Origin: a virus
Lineage: Duplodnaviria; Caudoviricetes
Virus record (IMG/VR): IMGVR_UViG_3300035438_000760
Span: 1 to 61,770 of that record
Reading direction: 5' to 3' (one strand)
Length of the DNA: 61,770 bases
This document shows positions 27,499-35,972 of this stretch, piece after piece. A model generated the notes under the pieces. That model had not been told where the DNA came from and made no database searches. It saw only the letters and a program-made list of their open reading frames with translations. A program made the position numbers and the translations under genes. Position 1 is the first letter of the stretch; every line of letters starts with the position of its first letter.

Positions 27499-28516
27499 CC
27501 AGTTGATTGGTTTAATTCGGGATAATGGTCGTTTGGATTCGGCGACTTTCAATATTGTTGAACGGGAGATTCGCGGGAATGCGATGTCTAAGTCAACGGT
27601 GCTGATCGTTCGGTCAATGTTTGACAAAATGGAGAAGGCTGATCGGTCTTCTGCTGGTCGTATAGCGGCTCAAGCCCGCTGGAAGGGGCATGTGAAGCAA
27701 CAGCCAGTTCCAGCGCAAGGTGGGGCATCTGGAGTGGCTCCTGCGGGTGTTAAGGGCTATCAACGCCCCGAAATTTTTAAAGTTAAGACGGTTGAGGCGG
27801 CGATCGCCATGATGAACGAGGGCAAGACCGTTGAATTAGAAAATGATGGTCAGGCTCACACTCTTTTGGTGGAGTTAGCCAGAATTGCTAACGATGCGAA
27901 GATAAAAGGTCGGGAAGCCCCGAACTATGACTTGTGCAAAGTGACTGTGCCGGGCACAAACCTTTTTTGTGGTGAGAACAAGGGGATCCCTCGTTCCAAG
28001 ATGCCTCAGTTAAGGAGTAAGCCTGTTGCTGGTTCTGAAGCGGACAAGTTGCCTCGTAACCAGTGGGGTGAGGTTGAAGGTGCGCCAATATTCCAGAAGC
28101 ATTTGGAGGATCTGGGTATTTCGGTGAAGAGCCAGACAATGCGAGCGTCGCAATTGAAGGCAACCCAACTTGATATGAAAGGCACTCAGATTGCCTTGAT
28201 GATGACTGACTCAAAGTTTGATCCCAAGGGTGAAGAGATTTGGGTGACTCGTGATGGCTACATTTTGGATGGGCATCATCGTTGGGCGGCGACGGTTGGT
28301 CGTGACTTGGCTGACGGAAAAATCGGTGATCTTGATTTGAAGGTCAAAGTTATTGATGCTCCGATTTCTGAGATTCTTCCGATGGCAAATTCGTGGACTC
28401 AAGAAATTGGTTTGAAGGCGATTGCTGGTCCTGCTACTGCTCCGAATGCTTCGGGTGCGATGGAGCCTGCTACGGATGTCAAAAAGAAATCTGGTGGTTG
28501 TGGTTGTGGTTGCTAA
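27485..28516 (+). CDS. Tagged cargo protein with ParB/Srx-like domain
   Basis: EKADRSSAGRIAAQARWKGH tag; LKATQ...YILDGHHRWAA; C-terminal CGCGC. Confidence 0.7.
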   Translation: MMKIDQLIGLIRDNGRLDSATFNIVEREIRGNAMSKSTVLIVRSMFDKMEKADRSSAGRIAAQARWKGHVKQQPVPAQGGASGVAPAGVKGYQRPEIFKVKTVEAAIAMMNEGKTVELENDGQAHTLLVELARIANDAKIKGREAPNYDLCKVTVPGTNLFCGENKGIPRSKMPQLRSKPVAGSEADKLPRNQWGEVEGAPIFQKHLEDLGISVKSQTMRASQLKATQLDMKGTQIALMMTDSKFDPKGEEIWVTRDGYILDGHHRWAATVGRDLADGKIGDLDLKVKVIDAPISEILPMANSWTQEIGLKAIAGPATAPNASGAMEPATDVKKKSGGCGCGC

Positions 28517-28517
28517 T

Positions 28518-28546
28518 TTGACACGGTAACTAAATAGTGGTATACT
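28518..28546 (+). promoter_or_regulatory. Near-consensus sigma-A promoter
   Basis: TTGACA-N17-TATACT with TGn extension. Confidence 0.8.
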
Positions 28547-28564
28547 CTCTCTGAAGGAGGGTAT

Positions 28565-28813
28565 GTGAAACCAAAGTATGTAGACCCAGTAGCAGATTGC
28601 AAGTTGCTTGCAATGGTTATAAAAGGAAAAGAAGTCAACGCTGGCGATCTCGTCGCTGTCAACAAGGTCAGCGAAAAACTTGTGTTCCGATTCATCTGGA
28701 TTCCAGACGGATCGGTCGCTTGTTTTGATCCCACCACTGGCAAGTATCGGAACTTCCGAGCCACCGATGTGCGACTTCCAAAAGTGAAGCGCAATCGTCG
28801 GCAACTGCTGTAG
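28565..28813 (+). CDS. Small SH3-like hypothetical protein
   Basis: AAGGAGG RBS after the promoter. Confidence 0.6.
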   Translation: MKPKYVDPVADCKLLAMVIKGKEVNAGDLVAVNKVSEKLVFRFIWIPDGSVACFDPTTGKYRNFRATDVRLPKVKRNRRQLL

Positions 28814-28839
28814 CCTTCTAACAAAATTAGGAGGGTGTC

Positions 28840-29664
28840 ATGTTTAAAGATGTTGATGGTCGTTTGTGGTTTCGCCAATCTTGGTTGAAAGAATTTTTGG
28901 ATTGCCCAGAGCGGGCACGATTGAAGGCTGTAACAAAAGACCAGCCGAGACAAACCTCTGACGCGGCTCTGATCGGTACCAGCGTCCACACCGCTATTCA
29001 GGGTGTTCTTGAGGGACGAGTGGATGCGACAGACATTGAGGATGCGTGTAACGAAGCCGTGTTGGACATGTTGACCACCGACGATGTGGTTTTCAACAAA
29101 TACGAAGCCGAACAATTGCCCGGTCACGCCCGCAGGTGCGCTCGCGCATGGGTGGACGGAATTCTCCCCCATGTGGAATTGGGCGGGACTTGTGAAAAGA
29201 ATTTCTCAGTCGTTGTCATGGAAATTGATGGCATTGAGGTCGGGCTGACTGGCACGATTGACTACATGTCTCCAACCGAGAACACGCTGTGGGATTGGAA
29301 GACCGCTGGCAAAAGGTATTCGCAGAAGCAGTACCAAAAAGGATCCATTCAGGCTTCCACCTATGCGACGGCGATGAGTCTCCAGAAGCAAATTGAATTA
29401 CCGATGAATTTCAACTTCGGTGTGATGGTTCGGTCGGATAAGAACGCTAGTAGCCAGATCGTGACCGTAGAACGCCGTCAGGAGCATTCAGAATGGTTTC
29501 TGAAGCAGTTGGGCGATGTGGCTAGGTTCGCCATCCGTTTTGGGGCTGAAGACGAGTGGGCGAAGAATGAGGAGTCGTATTTGTGTTCCAAGGTTTGGTG
29601 CAACTTTTACGCCGACTGTCGTGGCAAGTACATATCGGAAGAGGCTGACGGGTTCGTTGGCTAG
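28840..29664 (+). CDS. PD-(D/E)xK nuclease (RecB/Cas4-like exonuclease)
   Basis: QSWLKEFLDCP, GTSVH, GTID...DWKT, Q...Y and C-terminal C..WC....C. Confidence 0.85.
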   Translation: MFKDVDGRLWFRQSWLKEFLDCPERARLKAVTKDQPRQTSDAALIGTSVHTAIQGVLEGRVDATDIEDACNEAVLDMLTTDDVVFNKYEAEQLPGHARRCARAWVDGILPHVELGGTCEKNFSVVVMEIDGIEVGLTGTIDYMSPTENTLWDWKTAGKRYSQKQYQKGSIQASTYATAMSLQKQIELPMNFNFGVMVRSDKNASSQIVTVERRQEHSEWFLKQLGDVARFAIRFGAEDEWAKNEESYLCSKVWCNFYADCRGKYISEEADGFVG

Positions 29665-29673
29665 TATGCGAAG

Positions 29674-29991
29674 GTGCTGGAAGCCGAGTTTCAAAAGGAA
29701 GTTGTCGCTTTAGCGAAATTGACGGGGTGGTTAGTCATGCATACCCGTCCTGCTTTGAACCAGTCTGGCAAGTGGTCTACGCCGATTCAGGGGCACAAGG
29801 GTTTTCCCGATCTGGTTCTCAGCCATAGAAATCGCGGCACTGTGTTTGCCGAATTGAAAGCCGAAAAAGGCAGGTTGAGTCCTGAGCAGAAAATTTGGCT
29901 GGAAGTGTTGGCGGAGAGCGGATGCGAAGTCCATGTGTGGCGACCGTCTGACATGCAAGAAATCGCAGACCGATTTCAAAGAAAGACTTGA
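29674..29991 (+). CDS. VRR-NUC domain nuclease
   Basis: E..FQ, GFPDL, ELK..KGRLSPEQ..W and WRP. Confidence 0.85.
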   Translation: MLEAEFQKEVVALAKLTGWLVMHTRPALNQSGKWSTPIQGHKGFPDLVLSHRNRGTVFAELKAEKGRLSPEQKIWLEVLAESGCEVHVWRPSDMQEIADRFQRKT

Positions 29992-30016
29992 CACGGGTTT
30001 AGTTTTCTGGAAGACT
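29985..30016 (+). promoter_or_regulatory. Repeated promoter
   Basis: TTGACA-CGGGTTTAGTTTTCTGG-AAGACT. Confidence 0.75.
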
Positions 30017-30038
30017 TCTTTTGTCGGAGGGAGACAGA

Positions 30039-30278
30039 ATGACACACACAGCATTCACCGCAACCGCACCTGACGGGTTCGTCTGGAAGCGCAAAACAAA
30101 AGGGCACTTCAGCCACGCAGTTCTTGGCTTTAACCCTTACCTCGGAGACTGGCACATCGTAGGTTTCCGCTCATCACTTGACTCAGCACAAAAAGAAGCA
30201 CTGAAAGCAAGCGGTGGCATCGGATCATGGAGTCCTTACAGCGAAGTAATCATCGTTGAGACAGTTGAGGTGAAGTGA
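30039..30278 (+). CDS. Hypothetical protein
   Basis: GGAGGG RBS after the promoter. Confidence 0.6.
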   Translation: MTHTAFTATAPDGFVWKRKTKGHFSHAVLGFNPYLGDWHIVGFRSSLDSAQKEALKASGGIGSWSPYSEVIIVETVEVK

Positions 30279-30607
30279 TGCAAAACACGGATCCAACAAA
30301 ACTGGCTCGCCGACAAGACCCGCACACATCTCGTGCAGGTGCCAAAGATGTAGCACCACGGTCAGGATCGCAGAAAGCGAAACTGCTGGAAGCGTATGCG
30401 AACCATCCTGACGGGCTGACCGACGAGGAAGCAGGCGTTTTGTCAGGCTTGGCTAACAACCACGGATGCGGGTACTGGAAGCGGTGTTCGGATTTGGAGC
30501 GGGAAGGGCTGATCCAGCGAACATTGTTCACCCGCCCAGCGTCTACAGGTAATCAACAGATCGTGAGAGCGATCACGGAAACAGGAAGAAAGGTAGTGGG
30601 AAAATGA
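30275..30607 (+). CDS. wHTH DNA-binding protein
   Basis: ARRQDPHTS...GLTDEEAG...WKRCSDL pattern. Confidence 0.7.
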   Translation: MMQNTDPTKLARRQDPHTSRAGAKDVAPRSGSQKAKLLEAYANHPDGLTDEEAGVLSGLANNHGCGYWKRCSDLEREGLIQRTLFTRPASTGNQQIVRAITETGRKVVGK

Positions 30608-30781
30608 ATTTACGCTGGCTTTGTTGGGCGTTGTTGTTCAATTGGGTGGCAATGATTTTTGTGGCGTTTGCCGAACCGAGTGGATTGGCTTTTGTCACGA
30701 TTATGTTCATCGGTTTGTCGTCGGGGTTGTTGGCATTGGGGATGCGAAAGTTGGATCCCGATAATAAATACTTTGACTATT

Positions 30782-30839
30782 GACTTGACAGGGGTTTAGT
30801 TCTGTGGAAGAATTCTTGTACGAGGAAAGGAGCCAAATG
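30782..30839 (+). promoter_or_regulatory. Repeated promoter plus RBS block
   Basis: TTGACA-N17-AAGAAT, then TCTTGTACGAGGAAAGGAGCCAAATG. Confidence 0.75.
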
Positions 30840-31124
30840 ACCGCACGAGCAATTCTCACTGATCTTCTCAAAGAAAACGGAGATCCAGTCCGAGCAGATG
30901 GTGGGGCACTTGAACAAGACGGCTGGAAATGCGTAAAAGTTTGTTCCGCTTGCAACGGCAAAGTTGTCTTTGTCCAGTCAATCAAAACCAGCAAGTGGTA
31001 CCTTGCCGACTGCTACCCATACTGCAACGAAAACCTTGGCACTCCACGCCAAAAATGGTTCTATGTCAAATCCGCACCACACTTCAAGTCTTGTCAGAAT
31101 CGTCAGAGAAAGGATTTAGGTTGA
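30837..31124 (+). CDS. Small Zn-finger-like protein
   Basis: CSAC...HFKSC. Confidence 0.6.
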   Translation: MTARAILTDLLKENGDPVRADGGALEQDGWKCVKVCSACNGKVVFVQSIKTSKWYLADCYPYCNENLGTPRQKWFYVKSAPHFKSCQNRQRKDLG

Positions 31125-31147
31125 TGAAAATAGTTGAGGGAGGATCA

Positions 31148-31306
31148 ATGACCAAGAAATATAAAATTGTCCGTATGTGGAAATTGGACAAGAAAGACAA
31201 AATAATTAAGCGTGGACTTACGCTTGAAGAGGCTCAAGCACACTGCAAAGACCCAAACACTAGAAAGGCTGGAGTTTGGTTTGACGGATACGAGGAGGAT
31301 GTTTAA
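31148..31306 (+). CDS. Small hypothetical phage protein
   Basis: YKIVR...[11 protein letters not shown]...WFDGY; GGAGG RBS. Confidence 0.6.
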   Translation: MTKKYKIVRMWKLDKKDKIIKRGLTLEEAQAHCKDPNTRKAGVWFDGYEEDV

Positions 31307-31460
31307 TGAGCCAAAAACCAGTTCAACCAACCGAAACCCTTTTAGACGGGACTTTACAACGCCACTACGGGAGTTGCCCATGCTCAGAATGCGAAGCGTG
31401 GGCTTGGGCATTGCTTGATTGGGAAGAAGCAGAACGCAAACTAGGAAGGGATCCACACCG

Positions 31461-31895
31461 ATGACAATCAAAATTCAAAATTGGGAAAAGCGAGTGAAAG
31501 AAGCGTTTGAAGGTGATTTGCCGCCGATAGTCAAAGTTGAACGCTACGAAAAAAACCATGACTCCAGCGAGTTGATGCGAATGCTTATCAAGACTGCGGA
31601 ATACGGGGTTCGGGTTTCGTTTTCTACTGGGAAAATTGAAGACATTGTTGTCCCACCGTTCTCTCGCTTGACCGAGTTGGAAGGTTTGGTCATTCCAGCG
31701 GATCACGGCGGAATGTCTGATGTGCATCTGGGAGCCAACTTCAAATTGATCTTGCCCATCCATCATTTCTATGGTGTTACCACCGTTACTTTCGGATGCG
31801 ACCATGAAATGGATCATCGGCAGAAAGGTCGTTGCTACTACGAGTCGCAATGCTCTAAGTGCAGTTATTCGTATTGCGTTGACTCTGGCGACTAA
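31461..31895 (+). CDS. Hypothetical protein with C-terminal Zn ribbon
   Basis: C.H...C...CSKC...VDSGD terminus. Confidence 0.6.
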   Translation: MTIKIQNWEKRVKEAFEGDLPPIVKVERYEKNHDSSELMRMLIKTAEYGVRVSFSTGKIEDIVVPPFSRLTELEGLVIPADHGGMSDVHLGANFKLILPIHHFYGVTTVTFGCDHEMDHRQKGRCYYESQCSKCSYSYCVDSGD

Positions 31896-31918
31896 AGCAA
31901 ACTGAAGTAAAAGCCAAG

Positions 31919-31947
31919 TGGGGTGATGCTTCGGCTCACCCCATTTT
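31919..31947 (+). terminator. Hairpin, probable terminator before the head operon
   Basis: TGGGGTGA/TCACCCCA stem followed by TTTT. Confidence 0.55.
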
Positions 31948-31970
31948 GCTATCCTCGCCATGTGGCTGAC

Positions 31971-33401
31971 ATGCGTGAACTAGGAACATCAGGATTTCAA
32001 CATTCTGGCGGTTCTGTCACAGACGAATTTTTAGCGAATCTTCAAGGCATTCGTGGTATTCGTACATGGCGTGAAATGGCTGATAACGATCCTGTGGTCG
32101 GTGCGATGCTGTTTGCTGTTGAACGGCTAATCCTGAATCTGAAATGGAAAGTAGATCCATTTATTGAAGAAGGTAAGACCAAAGCATCTAAGAAAGATGA
32201 AAAGGTCGCCGAATTTGTTGAGCAATGCTTGTATGACATGGAAAATTCGTGGGACGGTACTGTCGCTGAGATCCTGTCGTTTTTGACTTACGGCTGGTCG
32301 TACTCCGAGATCGTTTACAAGAAGCGGGGCGGGATGGACACCAAAGACAAGTCCAAACGATCCAAATTTAATGACCAGAAAATTGGTTGGAGAAAGATTT
32401 CTAACCGAGCGCAAGAAACATTGTTCCAGTGGGATATTGACGAATCTGGCGATGTGAGAGCAATGCAACAATTAGATCCTTCTGCTGGTAAGGGTCTGGT
32501 GTCAATTCCCATTGAGAAGGCTCTGCACTTCCGTACAACCTCCGCTAGAAACAATCCTGAAGGGCGAAGCCTTTTACGCAATGCGTACCGCCCGTGGCGA
32601 TTTAAACGCACCATTGAAGAAATTGAAGCGATCGGCATTGAACGAGATCTGGCTGGTCTGCCAGTTGCTTATGTACCTCCGTCCATGCTTTCGTCCACCG
32701 CAACATCAGATGAGGTGTCTGCCCGCAATGCGATCCAAAGCATGGTTCGTGGAATCAAACGAAACCAAAACGAAGGCATCCTTTTCCCGCTCGCTTTTGA
32801 TGAAGGCGGACGGGAGATGTACAAACTGACTCTTCTGTCCAGTGGTGGCAACCGCCAGTTCAACACTGATGCCATTGTTGCCCGCTATGACCAGCGAATC
32901 ACAATGACAATTCTGGCTGACTTCATTTTGTTGGGTCACGAAAAAGTCGGTTCGTTTGCTTTGGGGTCGTCAAAGATTGACTTATTCTTGACTGCGATCG
33001 CCCAGATGACCGCCCAGATTTCTGATGTGTTCAACAAGGATGCTGTTCCGAGACTGTTGAAGTTAAACGGCATGGATCCTCAGCGCGCACCCGTGATGCG
33101 AGTAGAAGAGTTGCAGTCCACCGATCTAACTGTTCTTGGCGACTTCATCACCAAAATGGCTGGTGCTGGAGCGTTGCAAGTTGACTCTGGTCTGGATGAG
33201 TTTGTTCGTGATCTTGCTGGCTTGCCACCAAAGGTTGAAGAAGAAGGTGCTTTACAACAAGGTGCTCAGATGCAACCGAATGCGATGCCCCAACCTCCTG
33301 TAGCACCGCAGTCTGCTCCGCCCGCTGAAGCGCAATCCGCTGAAGCGCAACCTGCTCAAGCGTCTGGTAGTGGTTCGGTTGAAGACTACATTATTCAATA
33401 A
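31971..33401 (+). CDS. Portal protein (DUF935/Mu gp29-like)
   Basis: NNPEGRSLLRNAY, EAIGIERDLAGLP and GSFALG motifs; first gene of the head operon. Confidence 0.88.
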   Translation: MRELGTSGFQHSGGSVTDEFLANLQGIRGIRTWREMADNDPVVGAMLFAVERLILNLKWKVDPFIEEGKTKASKKDEKVAEFVEQCLYDMENSWDGTVAEILSFLTYGWSYSEIVYKKRGGMDTKDKSKRSKFNDQKIGWRKISNRAQETLFQWDIDESGDVRAMQQLDPSAGKGLVSIPIEKALHFRTTSARNNPEGRSLLRNAYRPWRFKRTIEEIEAIGIERDLAGLPVAYVPPSMLSSTATSDEVSARNAIQSMVRGIKRNQNEGILFPLAFDEGGREMYKLTLLSSGGNRQFNTDAIVARYDQRITMTILADFILLGHEKVGSFALGSSKIDLFLTAIAQMTAQISDVFNKDAVPRLLKLNGMDPQRAPVMRVEELQSTDLTVLGDFITKMAGAGALQVDSGLDEFVRDLAGLPPKVEEEGALQQGAQMQPNAMPQPPVAPQSAPPAEAQSAEAQPAQASGSGSVEDYIIQ

Positions 33402-33432
33402 AGCCTCATCTTTGACTCTAAACGAGATCGGG

Positions 33433-34269
33433 ATGGCTGATGCTGTCTCCCAAATTTCGTCAAGTTTGTCTAAGAGTCTGTTGGGCGTTATTGGTGGTTC
33501 TTCAGATGGCGCAACCGCTTTAGGTCGGCTGAGTTCGGTTGACATTCTGGATCAACTTCAAGAGTTAACGCCAGCGATTATCGGTCCGTTGATGAACGAA
33601 CTTGAATTGTCTGCTGTGGATGCGATCGCTTCCATCCCGCCACAGTTAAGTATCGGAGTCAGTTTCAATACCACTGACCCTCGCGCACTAGCGTGGGCGA
33701 CCCAGCGGGCTGGCGAGTTTGTTGTTCAAGTCAGTGACGAAGTTCGTACCCAAATCAGAGATCTGATCTCTCGTGGTTACCGTGACCAAATGACCGTAGA
33801 TGCCATTGCAAGAGAACTGCGAAACATTGTTGGTTTGCATTCTCGTTGGGCGACCGCCGTTGAAAACATGTACGCCAAAACTCTTAGCGGGCTTGTCAAT
33901 TCGGGTGTGGCGTTAGGTATGGCTACTACGCAGGCGACCAGTCTTGCGGGGGCGTATCGGGACAAGTTGATTGCTTCACGGGCTAACACGATCGCCAGAA
34001 CCGAAGTCATCGGGGCTAATAACGCTGGACGCTATTTGGGGTGGCAACAGTTCATGCAACAGTCTGGTTATCCGCCGAACTTGATGCAGAAAGAATGGGT
34101 TGTTGGTCCTGATGGTTGGCAGGGTATCAATGTATGCGATCTGTGTCTTGAGTTAGATGGCACGACTGTTGGTGTGAATGATGAGTTTCCTAGTGGTCGG
34201 TTGATGCCTCCGTTGCATCCGAATTGTCGTTGTACTGCTTTGCTGATTTTTCCTGAGGATGGTTTGTGA
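33433..34269 (+). CDS. MuF / SPP1 gp7-like minor head protein (start uncertain)
   Basis: RANTIARTE, KEW, CDLC and PPLHPNCRC. Confidence 0.88.
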   Translation: MADAVSQISSSLSKSLLGVIGGSSDGATALGRLSSVDILDQLQELTPAIIGPLMNELELSAVDAIASIPPQLSIGVSFNTTDPRALAWATQRAGEFVVQVSDEVRTQIRDLISRGYRDQMTVDAIARELRNIVGLHSRWATAVENMYAKTLSGLVNSGVALGMATTQATSLAGAYRDKLIASRANTIARTEVIGANNAGRYLGWQQFMQQSGYPPNLMQKEWVVGPDGWQGINVCDLCLELDGTTVGVNDEFPSGRLMPPLHPNCRCTALLIFPEDGL

Positions 34270-35972
34270 TGCCGTACAAGATTGAGCAGAGGGCTGACAA
34301 GTTTGTTGTTGTTCGTGAGGACGACGGGAGAGTTGTTGGTACGCATTCGTCTAGGGCTAAAGCAACGGCTCAGTTGAAAGCGTTGTATATCCATGTTAAG
34401 GATGCCATTGAGAAAGCGAAGTTCGGTTCACGAAGCGAAGCAGGCAAGTACGCCGCCCACATTCGGTGGATGCGAGAGCGGGGTATGGAACCGTTAACGC
34501 CTGATGCTTGGCGTAGCCAGAACGCTCAACCAGTGGAGCCGACAAGAAGTTCGTATGAGAGTTCGTTGGATGCGATCACAAGTTTTGCTAGTAACGAGTT
34601 TCAAAGCAGATTGCGTGATGCTGGTAATGAAATAAATGCGCGGTCGTATGACAACGGAAGACCTGTTTCAGTGAAGGACTATTTGCTTATCAATGAAATG
34701 TCCAAAGTTGCAGTCCGTGATCCTAATGATCCTCAAAACACATTGGTTATTTGTTCTCCTCCTTTGATGGCAGTTGAACGAGAAGTCAATGAACTAGGCG
34801 GATTAGTACATGATGCGATATTAGAAAAGATGAAGCAAGAAGGGTTCTTGTTGCCAAACGGCGAATTTGATGAGACTCAACAAAAAGAGTTACGCAAAGT
34901 TAGAGAAGAATCAGAGTCTGTTGTTCAAAGCATTGCGGACAAGGGCAAGGAACTTGGACTGCAAATGTATACCTCCGAAACAAGGGGTGTTCAAACTTCA
35001 AAAATGAAAGTCATGTGGCGTGGGGCTGATGATATTGATGCTTCAAAAATGCCTCCAGAACTTCGTGCGCTTCACGAAAGTTGGCGCGACGCAGAAAAAG
35101 AATTGGATGGTGTGCCGTGGAGTTTACGAGATGCGAACACCGTTTTGAGAGATCGGGTAGAGAAAGCGGAAAAAGATTTTACCGAACTTGCGCTTAGTGA
35201 ATTTGAAACTTGGTTTGATGCTAACCACAATCCGTCTGGCGGTAGTCATGTCAGTCGGTTGACTGAACTTAAAAAAATTGCGGCGGACGCTAGTAGGGCT
35301 AGTTATAATGCACCTACTTATATTGATCGTTACCGTCACACTTTCGCTGAGGTTTTGAAAGATCTTGGTGTTTCTGGTCAGTCTCAAATTGGGACATCCG
35401 ATCAACTCAGAATTTCAAGCGGGACAGCATCCAAAGAACTTAAAGATAAATTTGTGAAACAAATTCACACATATTTTCCTGCTTCAACAATTCAAACTTT
35501 TAAAAATAAATATCCGCAAGGTTTGAAATTGACTAAATCAAATTCTGGTGGTCATTGGGTTGACTCTCAAGTAAAAATTCAATCCGATTTAACTCTTGAA
35601 ACAAATCTCCATGAATTTATGCATGCTGTAACCTATGCAGATCCGAGGGCTAACTTTGTTGAACGAGCGTTTTACATGCGACGACGAACTGATGGTGGTC
35701 GTGGCAATCAGCCGATTCAAGAAAGAGTTAAAAACGGGTGGGAGAAACCTAAAAAGACTTATGACGGCGGTAGAGGTAAACGGAGCGACTCAGAGTACAT
35801 TCGTGACGAGTTCCATTCGGAATATACGGGCAGGTACTACGACTCTGGGCATACCGAAACGATGACAACTGGTCTTGATCGTATTGCTGGGCGAGGTTCT
35901 AGTATTGAGGATCAAGATCACACAAACACTGTTATAGGTTTGCTTGTAGCGATTGGGTTGGGTTTCAAATGA
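34269..35972 (+). CDS. Tagged head-associated protein with C-terminal HExxH domain
   Basis: MPY...GTH...A.AQL.AL N-terminal module; EKAKFGSRSEAGKYAAHIRW tag; HEFMH. Confidence 0.75.
   Translation: MPYKIEQRADKFVVVREDDGRVVGTHSSRAKATAQLKALYIHVKDAIEKAKFGSRSEAGKYAAHIRWMRERGMEPLTPDAWRSQNAQPVEPTRSSYESSLDAITSFASNEFQSRLRDAGNEINARSYDNGRPVSVKDYLLINEMSKVAVRDPNDPQNTLVICSPPLMAVEREVNELGGLVHDAILEKMKQEGFLLPNGEFDETQQKELRKVREESESVVQSIADKGKELGLQMYTSETRGVQTSKMKVMWRGADDIDASKMPPELRALHESWRDAEKELDGVPWSLRDANTVLRDRVEKAEKDFTELALSEFETWFDANHNPSGGSHVSRLTELKKIAADASRASYNAPTYIDRYRHTFAEVLKDLGVSGQSQIGTSDQLRISSGTASKELKDKFVKQIHTYFPASTIQTFKNKYPQGLKLTKSNSGGHWVDSQVKIQSDLTLETNLHEFMHAVTYADPRANFVERAFYMRRRTDGGRGNQPIQERVKNGWEKPKKTYDGGRGKRSDSEYIRDEFHSEYTGRYYDSGHTETMTTGLDRIAGRGSSIEDQDHTNTVIGLLVAIGLGFK

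Noticed and set aside
28840-29664. Cas4-like nuclease as a sign of a CRISPR system
   Set aside because: Stand-alone PD-(D/E)xK exonucleases are routine in phages; no array or other cas genes seen
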